From Octopus bimaculoides (lineage: Eukaryota), in contig NC_068991.1 in assembly GCF_001194135.2 (NCBI RefSeq), forward strand, positions 66,155,621 through 66,219,620: a stretch of DNA of 64,000 bases. The letters are read 5' to 3'. This document shows positions 39,294 to 50,096 of the stretch, piece after piece (the stretch's first letter is position 1; each line of letters starts with the position of its first letter). A program made the translations under genes and the position numbers. Below the pieces are notes generated by a model. The model did no database searches. It saw nothing but the letters and a program-made list of their open reading frames with translations, and was not told the origin of the DNA.

Positions 39294-39659
39294 GTAAGTA
39301 GTGACAATCTATTTACAAATAATTTCTAGAAGGGCACTATTTGGAAAAAAAAAAAAAAAAGGGCTGAGAGGGGAAGGAAAAATTGTCCAAGCCAACCAGC
39401 CTGTCATTATAAATACATGATCAATGTTTGGGTTGCTGGCAAATGTTGGTTCATGTACTTCAGTGTTCCTTGAACTGTAAACATCTCTCTTAATCCTTTC
39501 TTTATTATATTTCTAACCAAAATAAACTCCTTATGTGTTTCAGTTAAATGAAAAAATAATTATGAATTTAGACTGGTGTCATAAGACAACTTTTTTTTTT
39601 ATTTATTGACATACAAATGATTTTTGGACAAAATTTAAAGTGCAGAAGCCTAGTGGACC

Positions 39660-39799
39660 TTAGAAATAATACATTTCTAAACCTCTGAGAGAGATTTATG
39701 CAGTAGTGATATGTTGAAGTAGTTGTATGATGTGAACTTCTTCAACGTATCACTACTGCATAAATCTCTCTGAGAGATTTAGAAATATATTATTTCTAA
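39660..39799. repeat. Near-perfect inverted repeat, 60-bp arms extending to ~65 bp with a 10-nt loop
   Basis: 39660-39719 versus reverse complement of 39740-39799: 4 differences. Confidence 0.95.
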
Positions 39800-39836
39800 T
39801 TTTGAAATCAGTGAATGTATTTCACTAGAATAATTA

Positions 39837-39975
39837 TATGTTTACAAGAGCTTGACAGGCATCTTTGACTAGCAGGTCATGCTACTCCAGACTGATGATG
39901 AGCAAAGACTCAGAAATATGTCTCTGGATGCAGGCTTAGCTGGGTGGAGGTGCTTGTCTCCCCCTTGTAAACATA
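39837..39975 (+). ncRNA. Minimal type I hammerhead ribozyme on a long helix I (Penelope/retrozyme type)
   Basis: tccaga-CTGATGA-tgag(caaaga)ctca-GAAA-tatg-TC-tctgga at 39886-39928; helix I extends irregularly to tatgtttacaag/cttgtaaacata. Confidence 0.82.
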
Positions 39976-41443
39976 AGGACACAGGAAATGTGTCAAGGCC
40001 GACAGGAAGTGGTGCGGCTTCCTAGGTCTAAACAAACAGTAGTATTATTCCCTTCAAGTTGACAGCATACAACTACTTCCTAGTGAACCTATTCTAAAAA
40101 AGAGAAACATGAAAAATAGTATTTTTGTGAGAAAAATTTCTTTAATAGATTTATCTGAGAAGCTTTTACATATCATCAATAAATGAATAAAAAAATAGTT
40201 TTATGAAACCAGTCTGAATTCATTGATTATTTTAGAATTTAATTAAAATGTATAAGGGTGTAATGTAATTAGAAACACAGAAACGATTGTGTTTAATAGG
40301 AAACAGATTTCAAACAGTCTGCATGCACCAAGCTTTAGAAATGACATTTTCATGTTCAATTTTAGGTTAGATTAATATCTGAGATGAGTTATTAATAAGA
40401 TTATAATTTTTCAGACTATTAATCTCATCCTTAGAGATGAAGCATTTTCCAGTATTTATTTGTATGCTACATTCCATTAAAGCTTAGTGGGCAAGAACAT
40501 TATTACTCCTGATTTAGTAATAAAGGTTCCTAGTTCAAATCCTGTATGGCATACACATCCAGAGATAAAACATCTGATGGGTTAGGGATCAACCTGATTG
40601 AAATGTGTAGCTTGTAAATCTGAAAAACCTTTTCATCTAAAGAGAAGGTTAATTGTCTGAAAAATTTTAATCTTATTAGGTTAGATGTCTTACAACTGGG
40701 TACTTTAGTAAATGCTAATCACACTAACGAGAGGTTATTTTCAAAGATGAATAGAACGGTTAACTTTGATGGTATTGGTTGAATGAGTTGGCATTCCAGC
40801 ATGTGCTATTTGTTGTGAGCCATTGCATCTATGAAATGCTATTTCCTAAGATTCTACTGTGCTAAAAGCAGCTTGCTATTACATGCTAAACTTCTTCGGT
40901 CACCACTCATTGTCCAGTCATATCACATGTCCTTATTAGTTCACTCATCTTTCCTGCAGTCTCATGCTGAATTACATTCTCAGTCTCAATATTCTCTGTC
41001 TTTCATACAAGTTAACATAATATTCAACAGATCATGCACGACTCATTTCTCTACTCCTTCTGCAGATATGTATTTGATGCCCATATCTTGCGACCATTGA
41101 GCAAGACTACTTCTCTGATGTACCTAGGATATTGTTTTCTATTATCAATTAAGGTCTTATTAGCCTTTAATCTGTTAATGTTTCAATATTAGACAACCTT
41201 TTTTTAGGTCTGGAACATTTTTTGCAGTTCTTTGGCATCTATCAATGAGAAGCAGGTCACTAGCAGATAAAATTTTTTAGGAACATTTGATCTTGATATT
41301 GTAATTGTATCCAATATACTGGTCTTATTGATAAATAATTTTAAATATAATAGATTTCAGTGACCTCTTTAGGGGTATGCTCTGCTTCTTGCATTTGATG
41401 CCCAAAATTGTAATTTCTTTTTCTTTGTATCTCTTTTACTTAA

Positions 41444-41646
41444 CCCTTTAGCAAAAAACCAACCATATCTAGCCCCCAAATTCTACCTGTTTTATGTTGA
41501 AAGTGGCCATATTATACCTCTCACACTTACCCTACAGAGTTAATCTAAAAATTAACAATCGCATCCTCAAAGTCTAAAAGCTACGTGACAATTAATTTTT
41601 AAAAATATAATCATAACATTTGACTGAATAATCTGAATGCTAAAAG
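41444..41646. mobile_element. MITE family 2 copy in reverse orientation
   Basis: TTAA at both ends (41440-41443, 41647-41650); CCCTTTAGC start; CTGAATGCTAAAAG end. Confidence 0.8.
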
Positions 41647-42019
41647 TTAAACTATTACATGACTATATCAGTAATTTTAGATTGTTGCTACTACCATTCT
41701 TAGTTGGTAATTTATCTACCTGGTCCCAATTTTTAATTATTTATAATAAAAAAATTTATTAGCATTAATGAAAATTATTTTTAGAAGGAGTAAGGGAGGC
41801 AACCCAAGATCTCATTGAATTAAAAATTAAAATGATGTTCTGGGTGGTATGGAAGAGTTTGATCTTTGATATCTGTGATAGCAACTCTTGACAGGTTTTT
41901 CTTACTCAACCTTTTCGGCAAAGCATAGTCAGCACAAAGCTGTTATCTCTGAACAACTTGAATATTATGTAACTTCAGTGTGAATAAAATTTATTTATTA
42001 GTGAATTTAAAATAATCTT

Positions 42020-42195
42020 TTCTACTCTAGGAACAAGGCCCAAAATTTTTCAGGAGGGGGTCAGTCGATTAGATCAACCCAGTATGCAACTGGTACTTAC
42101 TTTATCGACCCCAAAAGAGTGAAAGGCAAAGTCGACCTTGGTGGAATTTGAACTTAGGGCATGCTAACGTTTCTGCTAGCTCTCCGCCTTAGTCA
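42020..42195 (-). mobile_element. Second SINE family copy
   Basis: Reverse complement of 24505-24665. Confidence 0.8.
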
Positions 42196-43530
42196 ATTTA
42201 AAATAGTGGCAATGGAAATTTCCCTAAGGTGCCTGGCTACCATGCTTGACAAAAACAAATTTTAATCACTTGTAATTGTAATGATAATGAGAAGAAAATT
42301 CATTAGTGTTAATGAAAACCAGATATTTGCTAATTTTAATTATTTTCACACTAAAGCTTATAATCTCCAAGTCTTGTTTGTCTTCAGCTTTTTTTATCCT
42401 TTGCCAAGGAGGCCTCATAAGACTGAAGTGTCTGGAGTTGTCTCCGTAATCATCAATGATGAGTTCATTGAAATTTTAGGGATTGTTTTAAAATGATCAG
42501 TTCATTAAATATGGCGTAACTTCATGTAAGTGAACCAACAAATTTTCGTAAATTAAAATTACAACTGCTGGGGAAGACTAAGGGAGATAACTCCTGTAAT
42601 TATAACGTTGAATGATGACCTGCAGTGGGAAGTGGATGTAATCTTTCACAAGTACAGAAACAACTCCAGGCATGTTTCAGCCTTTTGAAAGGTATTTCTG
42701 CTAGTTTCCCCCCAGTGTATTTATCAGTCAAAACCTAGGGTCTAATAAGTACTGGTGAGACTTTGATGTGTTTTTTGGAGTTGGCTCAAGAAGATTGAAA
42801 CCTGTCCAGCGATGGCATTGTACTTGACATGTATCAGACACCTGCCCTACTTAAACTTCATTCAATTTAAGACATTTTTTTGTATGAAAGGTGTCACATG
42901 GTACCCCTCCCTATTATTAATTTTCATTTATATTAACCCTACTCAACTACATCTGTTCTACTGCCCCTGTTGGAGTTGTGAACCTATTAACACTGTCTTT
43001 CTCCTTTGGACTTAATTATATTTTTACAAAAATAACAGCAGTTAAGGTAGTTATGAAATTATGTTATAACTAAATTAATTGTCCCAGCAAAGACAATTAA
43101 CACATTTTAGAAGGTTTTACTTATGATATAATTTCTTTAACTTGTCCTAAGACTGTCTTTATTTTTGTGGACTAAGATTGTTTATTTTAAAATGTTCAGG
43201 TTGAAATTAATATCTCCTATTTTAAGCTTATATAACTGTGCTGTAAGATTATGTTCCAAATATAATTTAACATAAACGTAAATTAAAACATATTTTTGAT
43301 TATTTAAAAGTTAAGTGTGTTTTGTTGGAAATCTAGTCATGAAAAGGTTAAAGAAATGATCTTGTGTTTACTTTGATGACTACACAGATACTATCATGTT
43401 AATCAATCATTAATTCTTTCTATAATTATCTGAATAAACTCAGATTTTCAGTTAGTCAAACTAAGTATCTAGTTCTGCTATTCTTTTAGAAAGTTGCATG
43501 AAAAGAATAATTTTTCATTCTGTATTGCAG

Positions 43531-43583
43531 TTGATGATTATGTTACTATCGCAAAAGAGAAACATGGCTACAACATGGAGCAG
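43531..43583 (+). CDS. RCOR: CoREST exon 4, ELM2 (IDDYVTIAKEKHGYNMEQ)
   Basis: ttgcag acceptor, CAG|gtaatg donor, AKEKHGYNMEQ motif, phase 1-0. Confidence 0.96.
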
Positions 43584-44255
43584 GTAATGTTACAGTTGAA
43601 TGTTATTTTTTTTCATACTGTATTAAAGTGAAAATAGTTTAGAATAATTACATAACACAATTTTATGTATTTATGTGGGCTGCATAGAGGCTCTTCAATT
43701 GAAGCTGTAAACTTTTCCATCATATCTTTTTGTGATAAAATATATATGTAATAGTCAACAGGTATGTAATGTTTCTTCACTATTTTTCAATTGTAGTGAC
43801 ATATATAATTTTTAGAGTGAATGAAGGTTGGTTAGTCTAGCCATCTGCTGCATTAAATATAGATTTATAGACAAGGTTTGTTTAGAAAATCAAGTATGCA
43901 ATTTTATTTCAGACACCAATTGGAACCATTTCATATCTTTTGCATCTTGAATGTGCTAAGGGGAATTGTGGATGTCAGACTTCCTTGTCCTGTAACTCAG
44001 ATTCTATGCTTGTGTTGGGAAAAGAAATTCAACAAAAATATTGTGTACTGTTGAAGTTGTTTCCAGCTGTTTAAGTATAATGATGTAGTTAAGATTTTAG
44101 AAAACTTTCTTCGTAGTTTGCTGTGTATTATTGTTTGTGTTATTGCTGTTAGAGACAAGATTAGATAGGAGATGGTTTTGTTTTATTATTATTTTTATTA
44201 TTTTGAAAACTTGGTTCATGAACTTGGTACAGATTTAGCATGAAGTATCATGGTT

Positions 44256-44465
44256 TCATGTGATAGTGCTTGCAGAAAGATAAGGAGGAACGTTGGTATC
44301 ATCTATGTCCACAACATTGTTGTTGGGAAAGGCAAATAGGTTATTGGTGTATAGAAGGAAGAACATAGGGAATGAAATTGAATTCTGAAACCATTCAGAA
44401 ATTATGGCATAGACCCAGAGAACCCTATTGGTACATGCTGCTGTAGTCTGATCTGATAGCTCCAA
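44256..44465 (-). pseudogene. Degenerate non-LTR reverse transcriptase fragment
   Basis: FQNSISFPMFFLLYTNNL...DIDDT resembles PQGSxLGPxLFLLYxNDL...YADDT. Confidence 0.55.
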
Positions 44466-45669
44466 GAGACTAGAGGCCTATGAAACCTGTAGGTTAGGAA
44501 ATTTGTTGCATGCCAGATGTAAGTAGTATCTTGTCGTCGTCATGTATTGTATTTTTTTTCCCAAACATTGATGATACTACAGCAAAAGTCTTTCTGATTA
44601 AGCATGAATTTTTCCATTGGAGAATTTTCTCATAGTATTTTCTTGTCTAAGATATTGGGATGGTTTGCCATTGCCTTCCCCAACTGGATGGCTGTTGCCC
44701 ACAAGGAGCTCATCTGGCTTATGACAGGTCTTGTTTTTAGTCCTGTTGGGTGTCCAAACATCCTCCTCACGAGAGTAGTGGGAGAGCCAGTTCAGTCACT
44801 GACCATTTGACCATGGAACAGATAGTACCATGGTACCAGTAGCTGGTCTCATCAGCTTATGATGAGATCCTTGAGCTGACTACATACTGTTGACTACTTT
44901 TACCAAATTTCTCAAATGTAAGAACCCACCGATGATTGATAGAAAAGGGTTGATTTCTAATAGATCTGGCTTTGCAAATGGTATATTGGTTGTCACTGAA
45001 GTGGGAAAGACTCATGTTGCTGCTTATTGCTATCCTCATCACTTTTGCAATGTTGTAGGGTTAGCGGAATTATTCTTTTTGAGAACAGGGCATATTGTAG
45101 CTTGTTTTCAAAGATCAAGAAGGTCACTCATACCAGAAGGTGTGAGTGACATTATGTGAGATTGTTGGTAGTTGAGACAAGGCAGTTGAATACATTATCC
45201 AGTATGTCACTCCATTTTTAAAACAGTAGAGGGAGATTTGGTGCTATTTTAAGCAGGTAGAGGAAGCATGTAGAAGTTATCTTGTGCTCATTAATTTTCC
45301 TGTTAGGTAGACTAAAGTCATCAATTAGGTGCCTGTATTCACTCTACAAATCAGTGCACATTTCAAGTTTCAAGCTAAGGTTTATTGGTTGATGGGGCAA
45401 ACCGCATGATAATCACTTGGTTGTAAACTTTTCAAGATGTTCTATCATTAAATCTTGATTTGATACAATTGAGTCAACTATAGTTTTAGAAGTGTGTATT
45501 ATTGAATTGTTTCACTTTCGTTTTACAATTTTTTTTTTTTTTATTATTGCATAGTGTTTTAGTCCTAGTAGTTTTCTAGGTCAACATTATTAAATTTATA
45601 CATAGTTTTTATTCTGTCAACTCACAACATGTCAGTTCTTTGATATTGAAATTTGGATATAAATTCCAG

Positions 45670-45831
45670 GCTCTTGGTATGCTGTTTTGGCATAAACACA
45701 ACATAGAAAAAGCATTAGCAGACTTACCAAACTTTACTCCATTTCCTGATGAGTGGACTGTTGAAGATAAAGTTCTTTTTGAACAAGCATTTAGCTTCCA
45801 TGGGAAAAGTTTTCAGAGGATCAGGCAAATG
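45670..45831 (+). CDS. RCOR: CoREST exon 5, ELM2 end and SANT1 ([54 protein letters not shown])
   Basis: Near-identical to RCOR family sequence; ttccag acceptor, ATG|gtaaat donor; phase 0-0. Confidence 0.97.
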
Positions 45832-46296
45832 GTAAATATATTTATTGAAGCAATTTTTACATCACATGTCTAGATGTATATTTAGCACCTATATTTGCTC
45901 TTTATGACTACTTTTCATTGTGACTTGCTCTACAAACCCTAATTTATGAAACATTGATTTTTAAAATATTTTCTTTAGCAGTAAAAGATCATTATGTATA
46001 CTGAATTGTTAGACTTTCTCTTTAAACTTTGAGCGTCAGTTTTTAATTAAGCATCAACAGAATTTACAAATTGAATTGCAGGACAGCTAACAATTATTGA
46101 ATGGTTGTGGATAGCTGAGTTGATAGTGTCAGAGACCTGGCTGAAACATCTGCTTTATCTCATCCATAAGTAAAGTGTTTTTTGGCCATGACACTTCACC
46201 TTCAGTGGTACTCATGATTTATTAGATTATGGATTATTAAGAATAAAAATTTGGTAACTCTAGAAGAACAAATTAAAACTTGTTTCTGTGTTTCAG

Positions 46297-46421
46297 CTTC
46301 CAGATAAATCCATTGCTAGTTTAGTAAAGTATTATTACTCCTGGAAGAAAACCAGGTCAAGAACAAGTCTTATGGATCGCCAGGCTAAAAAACTGGCTGG
46401 ACATCCACGTGATGGAGACAG
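46297..46421 (+). CDS. RCOR: CoREST exon 6, SANT1 end ([41 protein letters not shown])
   Basis: tttcag acceptor, AG|gtgatt donor, [12 protein letters not shown] motif; phase 0-2. Confidence 0.96.
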
Positions 46422-46627
46422 GTGATTACATTTTTCTTTTTACATTTTAGGGTTCTACATAAACTTTCAACATAATAGACCAGAATATTCTTTCAAGATA
46501 ACTATAGAATTTCCATGGGTACTATTAGTATATTATTCTTTACTAATGGTTTTCATTTATTGTATTGATTCCATTAATAATTTTATTGTTGGATATTTAT
46601 TGGAGTTTATTTCCTTTCTTACATTAG

Positions 46628-46694
46628 TGATGGTGCATCGGATGAAGGAAGTAGAAACTCTGACAGTGATGTTGAGAATAACAAAGAGAATGGG
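46628..46694 (+). CDS. RCOR: CoREST exon 7, acidic linker (SDGASDEGSRNSDSDVENNKENG)
   Basis: cattag acceptor with pyrimidine tract, GGG|gtattt donor, in-frame stop just beyond the donor; phase 2-0. Confidence 0.85.
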
Positions 46695-46804
46695 GTATTT
46701 TGATAAATTCTTTTAATTTTATAAATTATTCTCGTGTTAATTTTGAAAATTTATCATGAACTATGGTTTACATTTTATTTTGAATGTAATACTCGTCCTT
46801 TCAG

Positions 46805-46914
46805 ACCAGCAGAGGTGAAGATAGCAAAAGTTGTACCAATTGTGGAATGCATTCTTCTCAACTCCATTCAACCGCAAAAGGATCTCTGTGCAATAGTTGC
46901 AATCAATATTTGCG
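46805..46914 (+). CDS. RCOR: CoREST exon 8, Cys4 GATA-like zinc finger (TSRGEDSKSCTNCGMHSSQLHSTAKGSLCNSCNQYL)
   Basis: cctttcag acceptor, CG|gtaagt donor; phase 0-2, exactly bridging exon 7 (ends phase 0) to exon 9 (starts phase 2); four Cys at 46832, 46841, 46889, 46898. Confidence 0.9.
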
Positions 46915-48280
46915 GTAAGTGGAAGTTTGTTGTATTACAAGCCATATTGAAATTAACTTCAAGAATCTACTTCAAGAATTATGCATCTGAAATAAGATAT
47001 AATTGACTAGTTAATTGACTTGGCGTTAATTATTAGATTTATGGTATGAAGATAGCTGGATGAAAACCTGTGTGAGCTACAATTTTAGTCATCCTGTCCT
47101 TATGTTAAGGTCAGTTTATAAGATTTAGGAAAATGTGTTCCCTATATTTTAACCTTTTGAGTGTGAATTTTGTGTTCAACAAATTGTTTGGGTTATATAT
47201 CTTTTTATTTTTGTTTTATTTTTTTTTATTTTCATAATGTTCTACCCTTTATAAAAAATGGATACCATCTTAAGATTTAGTAGTAGCAACTATGAATTTG
47301 AAGAAAAAGTGGCTGCAGCAAATGAAAAATTGCAACAAGCGTAACTGTGTGGCGGACATGGAATTGGATGTTGCAATTTGTGATAGTGAAACGACCTGGA
47401 CATCAGTAATGAAAGTGATGATGAATTAAAAGGCAGAAAGAATGGAGTGTGGAATGAAGACTTTTAAAATATTTCTTTTCCAAATTTTTTTCTTCCCCCT
47501 TTTGAAAATACTGATCCCAGTCAGTTTACCCGAAGACTTAAAAAACCCACTCATTATTTTGCAAGACTAATTGCTGTGGAATTAATTTTACAATGAAAAA
47601 GTTTGTCCTTCTTTTTCCTGTTACAGGAAAAAAAAAAGGAGGACAAACTATGGACTCCTGCACCACTGAATGAAATTAGTACATTATTTTTGCTTTAGAT
47701 ACAATCATACACATTAGGAAGTTATATAATTTATTTTTATAAAATATATTTTCAAATTTACCTGGTCTTCAGTTTGTCAATTTACCTGTTTGATGAGTGA
47801 CAGATTCTGCTTAATTATATACAAGTTAATCTTTTATTGTTTTGGTGTGTGTATTTGTGTATATGTAATTTTTTGGTATTTTACTTCAATTGAACATCCA
47901 GCTATGTGTACAATTCTTTGAAGTGTTATACTACAGTCTTACTCCTGCTGAATATTGGCTTATAATTCTTGATATGGTGATCATCATTTAGGCAAAGTTT
48001 AAATAATTTTACATTTCACTGATTATTGTGTGCATTTACCTATAATAGAAGTAGTTTTTGTGACAAACATATTGATATAGATCTATATAAGAATTTTTTA
48101 AGTCGCTCTAAACACCACTTTGATATATAAAATCTAAAAGGTTAAACTTGTTTTATAAAAACATGAAATNNNNNNNNNNNNNNNNNNNNNNNNNNNNNNN
48201 NNNNNNNNNNNNNNNNNNNNNNNNNNNNNNNNNNNNNNNNNNNNNNNNNNNNNNNNNNNNNNNNNNNNNNNNNNNNNNNN

Positions 48281-48547
48281 ACTGGCTTGTGCGGGTGGCA
48301 CATAAAAGACACCATTTCGAGCGTGGCCGTTGCCAGTATCGCCTGACTGGCCTTCGTGCAGGTGACACGTAAAAGCACCAACTACACTCTCTGAGTGGTT
48401 GGCGTTAGGAAGGGCATCCAGCTGTAGAAACTCTGCCAAATTTAGATTGGAGCCTGGTGTTGCCATCCGGTTTCACCAGTCCTCAGTCAAGTCGTCCAAC
48501 CCATGCTAGCATGGAAAGCGGACGTTAAACGATGATGATGATGATGA
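48281..48547 (+). mobile_element. Young RTE 3'-end copy; its 5' part is in a gap
   Basis: Closely similar to 1533-1796; (GAT)n tail. Confidence 0.88.
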
Positions 48548-48740
48548 TTTAATAAGTTATGAGAAAACTGTCTAAAATACATTGCTTTAATCAAACATAT
48601 GATCATAATTTAGAAAGATTTTGAGAGACTGAAGGTGAAACTTTTTCACATAGTTTTTAAATTAGTACAAGTTTAAAGTTTTATGATTCTGAATATGAAA
48701 ATAATTGTGGTTTTAATCTATTTGTAGAAAATTTACCTAA

Positions 48741-48950
48741 TCCTTTAACATTCAGATTAATTTATCGTATGTAATGCTTATTTATTTACTTTGTTTTGAA
48801 TTAATCATACATTATCTTGTACTTTTGAAATTTTGATGATGTGATTGTTTATTTTTAGAATGACATTGTAGGGTAGATGCGAGAGGCAAAATCTGGCCAG
48901 TTTGAACATAAAACGGGTAGAATGCTTTGGTCAGTTTAAATGTTAAAGGG
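48741..48950. mobile_element. MITE family 2 copy
   Basis: TCCTTTAACATTCAG start; AATGTTAAAGGG-TTAA end. Confidence 0.8.
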
Positions 48951-49499
48951 TTAAATCTGTATAAATTTGTATTTACTTTTAACAGTAAGGCTAGTAACAG
49001 CAGAATTTTATTAGTTGAGGAGGTACAGAAATTATAATCTCTAGTAGTAGCTATGTTTTGCATGTTTATTTGCCTTGAAGGCAGGCTGGATGCATTCGCA
49101 CAATTCCAAAGCTACAATTTGCCATGTATCCAAATTTCCTCTGAAAGCAATATGTTGACAGGGTTGTTTATACAGTTTGCCTGAAAAACAGAAGTATTGG
49201 CACACAAATAATGTTGGAATTATTTAATTGTTTCTTCACCTGCTAAAACTGAGGCAGTTTTGAATTCAGGTATTATGGAAATTATTTCGTTTCCAGCCTT
49301 TTCATTGTATTAGCCACTTTTGATTGTTTGTGTGTCTAAAAGGCAAGATGGATTGGCACACGCGTGCATGCACACACTGAATTCCGATGTAGATTCATAG
49401 TAACGTGTTTTCCTTTATGACCACTGTCATATGTTCAAATTTAACCTTGTTGGTTGTTACCTTCTTTATTTCTCAATATTTTGATTGGCTAAGTAAAAT

Positions 49500-49745
49500 C
49501 ACTGCCAGCCATACATACAGGCTTGTCCTTTGCAGGTGTTAATGCCACATAAAATACATTTGTATTGGTTCCATATAAATGCACCTGAGCCAGTGGCACA
49601 TAAAGAGCACCCGGCATCCAACTGTAGAAGCAATGCCACACAGACACTTGGAATCTGGACAGCTTCCTGGCTGACCAGCTCCTGTCAGACCGTCCAACAC
49701 ATACCAGCGTGGGAAATGGATGTTAAATGATGATGATGGTGATGG
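49500..49745 (+). mobile_element. Diverged RTE 3'-end copy with internal deletion
   Basis: GTGGCACATAAAGAGCACCC, GGCATCC and a GAT tail. Confidence 0.7.
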
Positions 49746-49879
49746 TAGATCCATTTGTTATTAAAATCTAGGGAGTGAAGGAAGTAAAATAATTTTTTTT
49801 TTTTTTCTTGAAGCAGTTTACACAAATCTGAATTTATTTAATATATTAAATATGTATATATATATTTACAAATTATTAG

Positions 49880-50096
49880 GCGAACTGGTGTAATGAAATC
49901 CAGTACTGGACCGACCAAGCGTCGTGAACAACAGCATAGCCAGCATCGGCATAATCCTATGCGACATAAACGAAAGCCCCCACGTGGCATGTATTTGAAT
50001 GAAGATGACCTCAGGTTAATGCTCACTGGACCACTACAGCAAGCTGAACAAATTTTAAAGTCATTAGATGCAGAGCTTGTCTCTTTAAAACGACAG
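49880..50096 (+). CDS. RCOR: CoREST exon 9, linker/LSD1-binding region (RTGVMK...KRKPPRGMYLNEDDL...LDAELVSLKRQ)
   Basis: attag acceptor, CAG|gtaaga donor, KRKPPxGM and ELVSxKRQ motifs; phase 2-0. Confidence 0.93.

Noticed and set aside
39222-45706. Alternative-frame spliced ORF starting at the first base of exon 3 (MAKMMYGLMLCLC..., ~53 aa, hydrophobic)
   Set aside because: Likely a by-product of ELM2 codons; it lies far downstream of the main ATG and nothing supports its translation.
46734-47006. 90-aa ORF-track product overlapping exon 8
   Set aside because: Wrong frame; the splice-consistent frame is the zinc-finger frame.
47275-47344. Possible terminal exon FSSSNYEFEEKVAAANEKLQQA* in phase with exon 8
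   Set aside because: Poor pyrimidine tract; the surrounding DNA looks like decayed transposon sequence.
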